A stretch of DNA of 64,000 bases from Clostridia bacterium (GCA_040766025.1 JAXGRH010000004.1:78779-142778), one strand, 5' to 3'; shown: positions 46,983 to 57,447, counted from the first letter of the stretch. The notes: a model not told the origin generated them from the sequence alone. Made by a program: numbers and translations.

Positions 46983-48089
46983 ATGAAAAAATTAACAAAA
47001 CTCGCGGTGCTCTTGACAGGAGCCGCGATCGGATTTGCCGCGATCCTCTTAGTGATCACCGGCAACCCCGCCAACATGGGTATTTGTATCGCGTGCTTTA
47101 TCCGCGACACGGCAGGGGCGTTGAAACTTCACACCGCAGCGCCCGTTCAGTATATACGCCCTGAGATCATCGGCCTTATTTTGGGCTCTTTTGCCATCTC
47201 GCTTGCGACCAAAGAATTCCGCGCCAGAGGCGGCTCCTCACCCCTGACCCGCTTCGTCCTCGGAGCACTCGTCATGATCGGCGCGCTCGTTTTCTTGGGC
47301 TGCCCGCTCCGCATGGTCCTGCGTATGGCGGCAGGCGACCTGAACGCATGGATCGGCCTTGTCGGATTTGTCCTGGGTATCTATATCGGGACACTGTTTT
47401 TACGCCGCGGCTTTTCACTTGGCCGCACGCACAAGCTCAACAATTTTGAAGGCGCCTTTATGCCTGGCCTGCAGGTGGTACTGTTCATCATGCTGGCGGT
47501 TGCCTCCCCCCTTCTCGCCTACTCAGAGGCGGGACCCGGATCCATGCGCGCCCCCATCTGGATTGCGCTCGGACTCACCTTTGTCTTGGGCATCTTCGCT
47601 CAGCGCTCACGCATCTGCCAGGCGGGCGGTATCCGCGACGTCTTCATGATCCGCGACCTGCACCTTTTCTGGGGCAATATCGGCATCCTCGTCGTCGCCT
47701 TTGTGTTTAACATCGCGACCAACCGTTTCAACCTCGGCCTTTACCATCAACCTGTCGCCCACAGCCAGTGGATCTGGAACGTTCTGGGCCTCATGGTCGT
47801 CGGCTTTGGCTCAGTCCTTTTGGGCGGCTGCCCCATGCGCCAGCTCGTCCTCACCGGCACAGGCAATGTTGACTCAGCCATCACCGTTCTGGGACTCTTG
47901 GTGGGTGCCGCGGTCAGCCATAACTTCGGGCTTGCCTCATCAGGCGACGTCTATGAAGAGGGCACCAGCATTGTGGTAGGAGGCGGCGCCACACCGGGCG
48001 GCCGTATCGCGGTCATCGTGGCCCTGGCCCTGATGATTCTGATCGGGTTTTTCTACTCGAAAAAGCCCAAAGCCAAAGTCAGCCAATAA
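46983..48089 (+). CDS. yedE: YedE-family putative selenium/sulfur-compound transporter
   Basis: 368 aa, about 9-10 TM, with conserved Cys-containing loops (GICIACFIRD, GCPLRM, RICQAGG, GGCPMRQ). Confidence 0.75.
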   Translation: MKKLTKLAVLLTGAAIGFAAILLVITGNPANMGICIACFIRDTAGALKLHTAAPVQYIRPEIIGLILGSFAISLATKEFRARGGSSPLTRFVLGALVMIGALVFLGCPLRMVLRMAAGDLNAWIGLVGFVLGIYIGTLFLRRGFSLGRTHKLNNFEGAFMPGLQVVLFIMLAVASPLLAYSEAGPGSMRAPIWIALGLTFVLGIFAQRSRICQAGGIRDVFMIRDLHLFWGNIGILVVAFVFNIATNRFNLGLYHQPVAHSQWIWNVLGLMVVGFGSVLLGGCPMRQLVLTGTGNVDSAITVLGLLVGAAVSHNFGLASSGDVYEEGTSIVVGGGATPGGRIAVIVALALMILIGFFYSKKPKAKVSQ

Positions 48090-48120
48090 GACATACCGAT
48101 AAGATTGAAAGGAACTAAAA

Positions 48121-48327
48121 ATGAAAGTAATTGACGCCAAAGGCTTATCCTGTCCCGAACCCGTGCTTCTTGCAAAAAGGGGAGTCGCCGAAGGAGAATA
48201 CCCTTTCCAAATCCTGGTGGACGATGAGACGCCGAGAGAGAATATCCTGCGCTTTGCGAAAAACAACGACCATCACGCAAGTCTGACCGAAGAGGATGAC
48301 CACTACGTGATCGAATTCACAAGATAA
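48121..48327 (+). CDS. TusA/SirA-like sulfur(selenium)-carrier protein (N-terminal half of YedF-type proteins)
   Basis: 68 aa. MKVIDAKGLSCPEPVLLAKR carries the CPxP motif. Confidence 0.75.
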   Translation: MKVIDAKGLSCPEPVLLAKRGVAEGEYPFQILVDDETPRENILRFAKNNDHHASLTEEDDHYVIEFTR

Positions 48328-48328
48328 T

Positions 48329-48568
48329 ATGTCACAGATTGCGACATTTCATTCCCATTACGGGGCGATCTCCTTCCTCCGGCGCCTGGAGGCGCTGGGG
48401 GACGAGGAGGCCCGCATGGTCCCCGCACCCCGGAAGCTGTCGGTTTCCTGCGGCTCCGCGGTGCGATTTTCGTTACCCTTTGACGAGGCGACCATGACCG
48501 ACGATGACACGGAACGCGTGTTCAAAGAAGAAGACAACGACTATATCCTGATTTTTGATAATGAATAG
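48329..48568 (+). CDS. DUF3343-type small protein (putative Se/S carrier, C-terminal half of YedF-type proteins)
   Basis: 79 aa. ...MVPAPRKLSVSCGSAVRF... is characteristic of DUF3343. Its start overlaps the preceding stop (TAATATG). Confidence 0.6.
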   Translation: MSQIATFHSHYGAISFLRRLEALGDEEARMVPAPRKLSVSCGSAVRFSLPFDEATMTDDDTERVFKEEDNDYILIFDNE

Positions 48569-48642
48569 ATGGCATCACATCGATTTTGCGTTCTTTTGAT
48601 AAGATGTGAGTGTGATACTTCAAATAGTGAGAGGTAGGCTTC

Positions 48643-50053
48643 ATGACGACGATTGACAGCGTGCGACAGCTTCCGAAAGTAGACGAACTCCTAAGAGAGC
48701 CGCGACTGGAAAATGCCCTCCGATTAATAGGGCATGTGCCCGTCCGTGAAGCGATTCGCACGACACTCGATAAGGCCCGTGAAAGCCTTCTTTCGGGTCA
48801 CCCCGATGAACCGATCACAGAAGAATCCATTGTTTTTTCCATTTTAAAACAACTCGACCGAGAGACAAAAACGAAGATCCGGAAAGTCATTAACGCGACC
48901 GGAGCTATTTTGCATACCAATTTGGGACGTGCGCCGCTGGCCGAACAGGCCTTAGAAGCGGTCATGGACTGCAGCCGCGGATATTCATCGCTGGAATATG
49001 ACCTTGAACACAGCCGCCGCGGACAGCGAAGCTCATCGACCGAAGAACTCCTCTGCCGGCTTTTCAACGTAGAGGCGGCCACCGTCGTCAACAACAACGC
49101 GGCGGCAGTCATGTTAGCGCTCTCATCGCTTTGCCGCGGACGTGAAGTCATTGTCTCGCGCGGCGAACTGGTCGAAATCGGAGGCAAATTCCGCGTCCCG
49201 GAAATCATGGAAGAAAGCGGTGCGAGACTGCGTGAAGTCGGCACCACCAACAGGACGCGCATTTCTGATTACGTGCGAGCGGTGAACGAGTCTACCGCCG
49301 CATTTTTAAAAGTGCACCGCAGTAATTTTCGCATGAGCGGCTTCGTGGAGGAAGTCGATGAATGCGATTTAGCCGCGCTTGCCCGCCAACACGCGATTCC
49401 CCTCATCTACGATCTGGGCAGCGGATGCATCTCCCAAGATCTGGCCGAGCTATTGCCTGAGGAGCCGACGGTCTCACAGGCCATCGCCTGCGGCGCCGAG
49501 GTGATTTGTTTTTCCGGCGATAAACTTTTGGGCGGCCCCAGGCAGCATCATTATCGGGAAAAAAGAATACGTTGAGCGCTGCCAGGCCCATCCGCTCATG
49601 CGCGCGTTTCGCTGTGACAAGATGACCCTCTCAGCGCTCCAGGCGACACTGACCCTTTACCTTGACCCTGAAATGGCCCGTCAACATATTCCGCTTTTGC
49701 GGATGGCGCTTGTGGATACGGACGCGCTCTTTAAACGTAGCGAACAAGTAAAAGAAATTTTAAACGCCCGGGGTATCAAAGCAACGGTCACGTCAAGCAA
49801 CATGATCATGGGTGGCGGCTCCGCGCCTGAAGTTCGCATTCCTTCATGGGCCTTAACCCTTGTTCCCGAAAATGGCGGTTCCTTGACCCTGCAGTCGATT
49901 GAGTCGGCGCTTCGCGCCTATGATCCGCCGATCATTTGCCGCACGGTAAACAACTCACTTTTGTTTGACCTTCGCACGGTGTCAGAGAGGGAAGAACAGA
50001 TCTTAATCGAGGCACTTTGTGCCATCTTAAAAGAAGGAGATAAACGCTTGTGA
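48643..50053 (+). pseudogene. selA: L-seryl-tRNA(Sec) selenium transferase SelA, split by a frameshift near 49537-49546
   Basis: ORF 48643-49575 carries the SelA N-terminus through ...VICFSGDKLLGGP, then garbles (RQHHYREKRIR*). The +1 frame reads ...IIIGKKEYVERCQAHPLMRAFRCDKMTLSALQATLTLY... to 50053. Joined, they give about 469 aa of full-length SelA. Confidence 0.85.
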
Positions 50054-51960
50054 GCCACGTCATCATCGGCACCGCGGGACACGTCGATCACGGGAAATCC
50101 TCGCTGATCGTCGCCCTGACCGAGCGCGACCCCGATCGCTTAAGTGAAGAGAAAGAGCGAGGGATCACAATCGAGCTCGGCTTCACCTGGCTTGACCTCC
50201 CCGACGGTACCCGAACGGGCATCATCGACGTACCGGGGCACGAACGGTTTGTCAGCAATATGCTCGCGGGCGCGGGCGGTATTGACTTAGCGCTCCTTGT
50301 CGTCGCGGCGGACGAAGGCGTCATGCCGCAAACGCGTGAGCATTTAGGTATCCTGTCACTTCTCGGCATCCCCAGAGGTGTCATCGCGATCACCAAATGC
50401 GACCTGGCCGATAAGGATTTCATTGAACTCGTGGAGGAAGATGTCCGCGACCATGTGAAAAACACCTTCCTTGAAAATGCCCCGATCATCCGCACTTCAA
50501 GCGCGACGGGCGAGGGCATTCAGCATCTTAAGGATGTATTATTCTCCGAAATTGCCCGTGTGGACTCCAACAAAAACCATCTACCCTTCCGCCTACCCGT
50601 TGACCGCGTCTTTTCCATGGGAGGATTTGGCACGGTTGTGACCGGCACCCTGATCGAGGGCACAGTCCGCACAGGGGAACAGGTGGAGGTGTATCCCGGG
50701 CAAAAGAAAGCCCGCGTACGCGGCATCCAGGTCCATGAGACGGCGGTCGATCTTGCGAGCCACGGCCAGCGCGTCGCGCTGAATCTTGCGGGACTGCACA
50801 AAGACGATCTTGATCGAGGCGATACGCTCGCGCCTGAGGGAAGCCTTCTGGGCACCAATCTTTTAGATGTCAGCCTGTCCGCCTTGCCGGACACGCGCTT
50901 TTCGATCAGTCACAACATGCGTGTCCACCTTTTCCACGGCGCCCGTGAAGTCTTAGCGCGCGTCGTCCTCTTAGACAAAGATATCCTTGAGGCGGGAGAC
51001 ACAACCTTCGCGCAGCTGCGCACAGAGGAAGAAGTTTTTACAAAATACGGGGACCGTTTTGTCATCCGTTTTTATTCACCCTTAGAAACGATCGGCGGCG
51101 GCATCATTGTCGATCCGTTCCCTTCTAAGCGTAAACGCTTCCGGGATACGAATGAGGAAGACTTCAACCGGATGGGTGGAGATGATCGGTCCCTTCGCCT
51201 TGCCCTGGCCATTGAACACGGCAGCGAAAGACTGGATCCCTTAACGGTCGCCTATTACCGTGCGGGCATTCAAAGAGAACAGTCAAAAACCCTGCTCGAT
51301 GAACTTGTATCCCGAGGGCTCGTCATCGTGTTAAACGAGCGCGTCGCCATCGGGACGAAGGAGCTTGCGTCCTTGAGCGAAAAAGCCGTTGCCATCCTCG
51401 AACGCTTCCACGAAGAAGAGCCTTTAGAACAGGGAATGCGACGTGAGGAGCTTCGAACACGCCTTATGCCGCGCGCCAACCTCCAGCTGTCCGACCTAGT
51501 CATCGACCGCCTAAAAGAGCGCCAAGTGATTGACGTCCACGAGGGATTAGTCGCCCGACACGGCTTTTCGGTAACACTCACCGCCGAGCAAGAAGACACG
51601 CTCAAAGCATTGGAGCAGGCGTTCATCAAGGCGGGCTATCTGCCTCCCACGCCTGAAGAGATCCGGCTTGAGACCGCGGGGAAAATCAACAGCGACCAGT
51701 ATTTATCGCTCCTTATCAATCGCGGGGTGCTAATCCGTCTCACCCCTCAGATCCTGATGCACCGCGACCATGTCGATGAAGCCTGGCGGATCGTCCGTGA
51801 GGCCATCGACACAAACGGCAGCATCACCTTAGCGGAATTCCGCGACCACCTGGATGCCTCGCGCAAGTTTGCCATCGCTATTTTGGAATATTTCGATAAA
51901 TTAAAGCGCACGCGCCTTATAGACGATGCGCGCCAATTCTATCCGCAAAAAGAAGGGTAA
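50050..51960 (+). CDS. selB: selenocysteine-specific translation elongation factor SelB
   Basis: [23 protein letters not shown] and TKCD are GTPase motifs, with a long C-terminal winged-helix region. The GTG start overlaps the selA stop (GTGA). Confidence 0.9.
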   Translation: MSHVIIGTAGHVDHGKSSLIVALTERDPDRLSEEKERGITIELGFTWLDLPDGTRTGIIDVPGHERFVSNMLAGAGGIDLALLVVAADEGVMPQTREHLGILSLLGIPRGVIAITKCDLADKDFIELVEEDVRDHVKNTFLENAPIIRTSSATGEGIQHLKDVLFSEIARVDSNKNHLPFRLPVDRVFSMGGFGTVVTGTLIEGTVRTGEQVEVYPGQKKARVRGIQVHETAVDLASHGQRVALNLAGLHKDDLDRGDTLAPEGSLLGTNLLDVSLSALPDTRFSISHNMRVHLFHGAREVLARVVLLDKDILEAGDTTFAQLRTEEEVFTKYGDRFVIRFYSPLETIGGGIIVDPFPSKRKRFRDTNEEDFNRMGGDDRSLRLALAIEHGSERLDPLTVAYYRAGIQREQSKTLLDELVSRGLVIVLNERVAIGTKELASLSEKAVAILERFHEEEPLEQGMRREELRTRLMPRANLQLSDLVIDRLKERQVIDVHEGLVARHGFSVTLTAEQEDTLKALEQAFIKAGYLPPTPEEIRLETAGKINSDQYLSLLINRGVLIRLTPQILMHRDHVDEAWRIVREAIDTNGSITLAEFRDHLDASRKFAIAILEYFDKLKRTRLIDDARQFYPQKEG

Positions 51961-51964
51961 GGAC

Positions 51965-54900
51965 GTGTCTTCCAAAAAAGTCCGGCTCGTCTATGCGATA
52001 GACCAGGACGCTGTCATTGATCATGTCTTCGATGAACTTGCTAAACACCATGCGCGTTGGCCCGATGACCGCGCCTTTGTGGTGGTCCCCGAATACTTAA
52101 AAGCCGATATGGAGCGCCGCTACATCACAGGCCAGAAATCACAGGGCATCATGATGGCGGAGGTGCTGTCCTTTAACCGCTTAGCCACCCGATTATTCAC
52201 AGAAGCCGGACAACTGGCGTTACCTTCTATTTCGCTTGCGGGCAAGGCCGTCCTGACACAAAGAGCGCTCTTGGATGAACAACTCCCCTTCCAACAATTT
52301 CACCGCTTAGCGGGGCGCCCGGGCTACGCCTTAGAATTGGTCAATATCTTAGGTGACTTCACGCGTTACCGTATCTCAACGGATGAACTGCGACACAGCG
52401 GTACGTCGGAGGATACGAGCCTCCATGAGGCCACGCGCCATAAGTTCTCCGATTTTGCCATCTTAAAAGAGACCCTGGATCAAAGTTTCGTTGAAAAAGG
52501 GCTTGCCGACCCCGATACGGCACTTTCAAGACTTGCTTTGTTATTACAAAAAACACCGCTCGATGAGCGGCTCCATTTCCTTCGACGCTGTCATATCTGG
52601 GTCATCGGATTTGGAAACAACCGTGAATTGACGTCCCAGGAACTCTTAGCCATCCATGCGCTATCTGAACAGGTGTCTGAAATGACGGTCGCTCTTTCCG
52701 CTGACTCCATCGATCCGGAAGGTGATCCTGCCTGGCAGCACGGACGGGAGACTTTGCGAAGCCTGATGCGCATGTTCCCAGAAGCCGTGCCGGAATCCCT
52801 TGAGGGGCCTTTTCAAGCGCGCGAACCTGAATTGAAATTCATAAGAGCGGTGGATCGTCGTGAGGAAGCGCGATATGCCGCGGGCGAAATAAGACGACTG
52901 CTCCTTTCAGGCGCTGTGCGCCGCCGGGAGATCGGCATTGCGCTTTGTGAAACGGACAAAACCATGGCTTACCTTGAGCCGGCTTTGTCGGAATATGGTA
53001 TCGCGGCCGCGATTGATTCAAAACGCCCCCTTCAAAACACATCCTTCATACGGATGCTCAGTTCTTTCCTCCTGCTTTGTGAATACGAATTTTCATTTGA
53101 GGACTTGATCGACTATTTGAAAAGCGGGCTTGTGCCGCTTTCTCTGTCATCCGTGGATCTTTTTGAAAACACGGCCTTGGCGCTCGGCTGGAAACGTGCC
53201 CGGCAATTTCGAAAGTTGGCTGAAGATGAACTAGTGATCAATGAAGCCATGGCGCGCTACCTCGACCCCACTTCCGAAAGAGGGGCGGTCATCCGAGAGG
53301 TGTTCGCCTATATTCGAAAGCTTTTGGATCTCACCGCCGCCATGCGCCAACTGCGAAGCGGGCGCGAAAAATGCCAATTCCTGCTTAACTTTTTATACGA
53401 CGAAATGGAAGCGCCGGTCACCCGACAAAGAGACCGACTGCTTTTGGAGGAACGCGAAGAAAACGCAAGACTACTTGTATCAAGCTGGAACGCGGTCGTC
53501 GATTTTCTCACCGAATCGGAAAATCTTTTGAGCGATATCCGGATCTCGCAGGCGCATTTTGGGAAACTCTTGAGCGCGGGCATCGAAGGACTGTCCTTGC
53601 CCTTTATCCCCTCCGGTGTGGACCGCGTGCGCGTCGGCCCCTTGAACGAAATGGTCCACACGCCCTGCAAAATACTGATGATCCTCGGCATGACGGATGA
53701 AGACTTCCCGCCTAAGATGAACCGTGAAGGTTTTTTGCTCGACAAGGAACGTGCCTTGTTGTCAGAAGAAGTGAATAAGCCTTTCCCGAGCCGTAAAAGA
53801 GATCATCCTGCAACCCAGGCATGGCTTGTCAAAAATCTTCTCAATCGGCCCGAACACAGGCTTTACTTATCGGTCCCAAGCCTTGGGGAGGACAGTTCGC
53901 GCATCTACGATGAGGAATTGAGAAAGCATGAAGCCAAAGAGACGCTCTTAACCGACTATGGAAAAGACCCGGACCCCAGATGGTACGCGGCCACGGTTGC
54001 CTTTCGCATGCTCCGATGGAACAAAGAAGCGCCCCTTGAGTGGAGGGAATCGATTCGAACACTGTTAAAGGAGCTCCCCGAGACGGCAAGAAATGCCGAT
54101 GAGATCGCGGATGAATTTTCATTACCCTCTCCCCTTGTCATGTCGGTCATGGAGGAACAGGACAGTGTCAGTGTGTCCATGCTCCAGCAGTACAACGAAT
54201 GTCCCTTCCGGTTCTTTACCCAGTATCTGCTCAATACGAGGGAGCGCCTGATCGCCGATGACATGCCCAATCTGCAGGGGACGATGTTGCACCGCCTTTT
54301 GGAATTGTCGGTCAGCGATTTGGTCAGCCGGCTCGAGGCCGCCAAGGATGGACAAGAACGGCAGGTGATCGCGCAACAATGGGAGGCCCGGCTATCGCTG
54401 GATTTCATGCGTCCTTTCTACCGAAGAGCGACTGAAGATGCCCGGCTTGCGCTTTACGGATTTCCTGATTTTGCGGGCGGCGTAGGCGAACGGCTCATGA
54501 CGCGGGCGTCCGATACGCTTGCAATTTTGGCGCGATTTGACCCGCAAAATGATTATCTTCCGCGCTGGCTTGAATGGTACTTCCCGCACAGTTCACTTGA
54601 GCCTTACCTTTTAGAAGCAACAGGTCATCCATTTACTTGCCGCGGTCTCATTGACCGCGCGGACGAAGGCCAGGGGGGCGTGATCCGCCTGATCGATTAC
54701 AAGCGCTCGCCCAAAGATTTTTCGTGGCTCAATCTTTTCGATGGTACGGATCTTCAGATGCCGCTTTACAAGCGCGCCTTTGAGACGGCCTATCCGGATC
54801 GATCGGTTGAAACATTACTTTACGCGGGCTGGAAAACGGAGCATCGGTACAGTCTCGCGGCCTATGGGATCGGGGGCTTTGATCAAAAATCTGAGGCGAT

Positions 54901-55216
54901 CAGATCTTTAGAACGGCAAAATAAAATGTGGGAAGAAGGCGCCGCCGATCACGCGGCAAGTTTTGCGGAGCATAAGGCCCGGGAAACCTTAGAGGCTATC
55001 CTTTCAGGTGATTTTGCCGCAAAACCCGTCATTCGGGGAACATCCGGCAATCCTTGTAAATACTGTCCCTGGCACAGCGCCTGCGGCTTTGACCACCGCC
55101 TCCCAAGAAGCCGGCCGCTTGCGGACGGGAGGGCTGAAAAAGAGATGGCGCGGCAAAATATCCTTAATTTTGATCAGGGCGAGGTCGGCGATATCCAGGG
55201 CAGTTCTTCCATATAA
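51965..55216 (+). CDS. addB: helicase-exonuclease AddAB subunit AddB (nuclease subunit with Fe-S cluster)
   Basis: About 1083 aa. C-terminal PD-(D/E)XK nuclease region (IDRADEG...LIDYKRS) and the Cys set NECPFRF...CKYCPWHSAC. The GTG at 51965 (or the ATG at 51926, inside selB) is the start. Confidence 0.8.
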   Translation: MSSKKVRLVYAIDQDAVIDHVFDELAKHHARWPDDRAFVVVPEYLKADMERRYITGQKSQGIMMAEVLSFNRLATRLFTEAGQLALPSISLAGKAVLTQRALLDEQLPFQQFHRLAGRPGYALELVNILGDFTRYRISTDELRHSGTSEDTSLHEATRHKFSDFAILKETLDQSFVEKGLADPDTALSRLALLLQKTPLDERLHFLRRCHIWVIGFGNNRELTSQELLAIHALSEQVSEMTVALSADSIDPEGDPAWQHGRETLRSLMRMFPEAVPESLEGPFQAREPELKFIRAVDRREEARYAAGEIRRLLLSGAVRRREIGIALCETDKTMAYLEPALSEYGIAAAIDSKRPLQNTSFIRMLSSFLLLCEYEFSFEDLIDYLKSGLVPLSLSSVDLFENTALALGWKRARQFRKLAEDELVINEAMARYLDPTSERGAVIREVFAYIRKLLDLTAAMRQLRSGREKCQFLLNFLYDEMEAPVTRQRDRLLLEEREENARLLVSSWNAVVDFLTESENLLSDIRISQAHFGKLLSAGIEGLSLPFIPSGVDRVRVGPLNEMVHTPCKILMILGMTDEDFPPKMNREGFLLDKERALLSEEVNKPFPSRKRDHPATQAWLVKNLLNRPEHRLYLSVPSLGEDSSRIYDEELRKHEAKETLLTDYGKDPDPRWYAATVAFRMLRWNKEAPLEWRESIRTLLKELPETARNADEIADEFSLPSPLVMSVMEEQDSVSVSMLQQYNECPFRFFTQYLLNTRERLIADDMPNLQGTMLHRLLELSVSDLVSRLEAAKDGQERQVIAQQWEARLSLDFMRPFYRRATEDARLALYGFPDFAGGVGERLMTRASDTLAILARFDPQNDYLPRWLEWYFPHSSLEPYLLEATGHPFTCRGLIDRADEGQGGVIRLIDYKRSPKDFSWLNLFDGTDLQMPLYKRAFETAYPDRSVETLLYAGWKTEHRYSLAAYGIGGFDQKSEAIRSLERQNKMWEEGAADHAASFAEHKARETLEAILSGDFAAKPVIRGTSGNPCKYCPWHSACGFDHRLPRSRPLADGRAEKEMARQNILNFDQGEVGDIQGSSSI

Positions 55217-57447
55217 CGGATATAGGGTTCGTTGATTTCGGCCCACTCCTCTTCACTCAAAAGATCCCTGTAATAATCTGAATCAATCACGACGCGCGCG
55301 GTATCATAGCGCAGCTTCACCTCGCGGTTAATGCGATCGACGTACGCCTCCTGATCCTCCAACTCACGTCCCGGATGAGGGGTAAATGTAGCGGTTAGGG
55401 CGTTGTAGCGCCCCTCCTCAGTGATCCAGCTCCGCCCTAAGAAGATGGCGATGGCCTCGGAGTCTGAGAAGATGTCGCGTCCTGAAAAGAATCTGGAATC
55501 GTAGGGCACGCCCATGTAGTTATAGATGGTCGGCAAAAGATCGAGGCTGGTCGCGTATTTGTCGACCACCTCCGGCTCAATGCCGTCATGGTAGAAAAGC
55601 GCGCAGCTTTCGTAAATATCAAATTCTTTATCAAGCTTCTTACCGGCCAATGCCTCATAGCTGGAATGCTCTTCCAAAGCGTAGGGATAGTGATCCGGGT
55701 TGATGACAATTAGAGTGCGCTCCGCGATGCCCGCGTCTCTGAGTTGTTCTAATAGGCTTGTCATCGCCAGCTCAAGTTCATAGTTCGCCGCCAGATAAGC
55801 GATCCCCTCGTGCGGGAGATCAAGATGCGAAAAGGTATCCCAGTGCTTGGTGGACATCGCGTTACCGTTCTTCGTCCAGTTGGCGTGTCCGCTGACGGTC
55901 AGGTAGTACACATGGAAGGGCTCTTGATCGACAAACTCAAAGGCCGTCTTTTCAATCATTTCAAGGTCGGACTCCGGCCAGGTCGGAACGACACTGAGGC
56001 CGTGCCCTAAACCGCGGTAGTCATAGCCCAGATTCGGATGCGACAGGTCACGGGAATAATAGTTCCAGGTGTGGTTGTGCCAGGCGTATGTCGTATAGCC
56101 CAGCCGCCTGAACATATTGCCCGGTACCATGGCCATGTCATTCTTATGGGCTTCTTTCAAAGTCCACACCCCTTGCTTGGGGATCATGCCGCACAGGCCG
56201 GCATACTCACCGTCGAGTGTGGAGACTGTCCAGACCGGCACATAGAAGTTCTCAAAGTGAACGCCCTCGTGGTACATCATCCAGAGAGTGGGGGTCAATT
56301 CTTCGTCGATGCAATACTTTGAAAAGCTTTCCGCCGTGACAAAAATCAGGTTAAACCCTTGGCCGCGCCCCGTATGGTCGTTCGTGTAGCTGGGCGGGGT
56401 CCTTGAAAATACAAGATCGAGATAGGACACAAGGTCCGCTCTTGATTGTCCCATGAGGACCGGCAGACTGTCGTCTTTGAGCCCGTCATTCAACAGCCTT
56501 GCCTCATAGTCAATCGGAAGGATGTTAGGATAGCGGATCACCGGGGGCGGGGCTTCACTCTCAGTCGGGTCCGTGGAGGGATCCGGGATCGTCGGTTCAA
56601 TCGGCTCGGGCGGATCGATCGGATCGGGGAGCAGACCGCCTTGGATGGCAGCGCTTCTTGGGTAGATCAAGTGGCTAATGTCCACCCCCATGGCTGTCAA
56701 CAGGCCAAATTGATTCGTGCCGGTGAGTATCTCATTTTCCAAAAAATAATGTTCCCAAGGGCTGTTAAAAGAACGGTTGAACGCCATGATCCCGAGGGTG
56801 CTGCCAAAGAGCAAGAACATGATCATTCCCGCGGTTAACAAGACACGCCAGCCCTTGATCATCTTTGGGTACATCGCGCTGATTTTTTCTTTTAGATACA
56901 CGCGCCATAGGATGAAGGGGATGAAAAACAATATGATCCACGGGAGATTGCGAAGCACCTTAAAAATAATATCTTCTAAAAATTGCAAAATCTGGCCGCC
57001 TTCACCGACCGAGTAAAATACGAAGAAGGTCCGGAAAAACTTATAGTAAATAAGCTGCGAGGCGTAAATAACAGGCAACAGAACGAGCAGGAAAAAGATT
57101 GCGCGCGACTTAACGCGCGCGGGCAAAATGCTGATCACGGCCGCAAAAAATACGGAACGGATGAGGCAAAACAGACTTAAGTAGAATAATCCGACGGTCA
57201 GAAATTGGCCGTCGACATTCAATCGCAAAATGAGTTCATAGATCAATTGCGCAGCAAAAAACAACAAGGTCAGCTGAACCGGAAAGCGCGCCTCAAGTTG
57301 AGACCACTTACTATCTTCCGGGAGCTCAACCGCTTCTATTATGTCGTCTTCTTTGACAAAATGAGACCGGTCGATCAACGGGGCGCGAAAATGGCGTTCG
57401 TTTGAATTGATGTCGATGTCGTCATGTTCATCGTTGTGCGAATTCAT
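55174..57447 (-). CDS. LTA-synthase/sulfatase-family membrane protein (phosphoglycerol-transferase-like)
   Basis: 757 aa. Acidic N-terminus, 5 or more TM helices, Pro-rich linker (PDPIDPPEPIEPTIPDPSTDP), then a sulfatase-type domain (FNLIFVTAESFS...). Its 3' end overlaps the addB 3' end by 43 nt. Confidence 0.65.
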   Translation of the reverse strand: MNSHNDEHDDIDINSNERHFRAPLIDRSHFVKEDDIIEAVELPEDSKWSQLEARFPVQLTLLFFAAQLIYELILRLNVDGQFLTVGLFYLSLFCLIRSVFFAAVISILPARVKSRAIFFLLVLLPVIYASQLIYYKFFRTFFVFYSVGEGGQILQFLEDIIFKVLRNLPWIILFFIPFILWRVYLKEKISAMYPKMIKGWRVLLTAGMIMFLLFGSTLGIMAFNRSFNSPWEHYFLENEILTGTNQFGLLTAMGVDISHLIYPRSAAIQGGLLPDPIDPPEPIEPTIPDPSTDPTESEAPPPVIRYPNILPIDYEARLLNDGLKDDSLPVLMGQSRADLVSYLDLVFSRTPPSYTNDHTGRGQGFNLIFVTAESFSKYCIDEELTPTLWMMYHEGVHFENFYVPVWTVSTLDGEYAGLCGMIPKQGVWTLKEAHKNDMAMVPGNMFRRLGYTTYAWHNHTWNYYSRDLSHPNLGYDYRGLGHGLSVVPTWPESDLEMIEKTAFEFVDQEPFHVYYLTVSGHANWTKNGNAMSTKHWDTFSHLDLPHEGIAYLAANYELELAMTSLLEQLRDAGIAERTLIVINPDHYPYALEEHSSYEALAGKKLDKEFDIYESCALFYHDGIEPEVVDKYATSLDLLPTIYNYMGVPYDSRFFSGRDIFSDSEAIAIFLGRSWITEEGRYNALTATFTPHPGRELEDQEAYVDRINREVKLRYDTARVVIDSDYYRDLLSEEEWAEINEPYIRYMEELPWISPTSP

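Noticed and set aside
48569-48642. Possible tRNA-Sec (selC) upstream of selA, prompted by a CTTCAAAT string that could hold a UCA anticodon.
   Set aside because: The 74-nt gap is too short and AT-rich. It has no acceptor or T-arm pairing, only a TCACATC/GATGTGA inverted repeat. No other intergenic gap in the window shows cloverleaf potential.
55174-55216. The 43-nt convergent overlap of addB and the LtaS-like gene as an antisense regulatory device.
   Set aside because: Convergent 3' overlaps of this size are common. No structure or motif is evident. The addB C-terminal tail after the Cys cluster may simply be over-extended.
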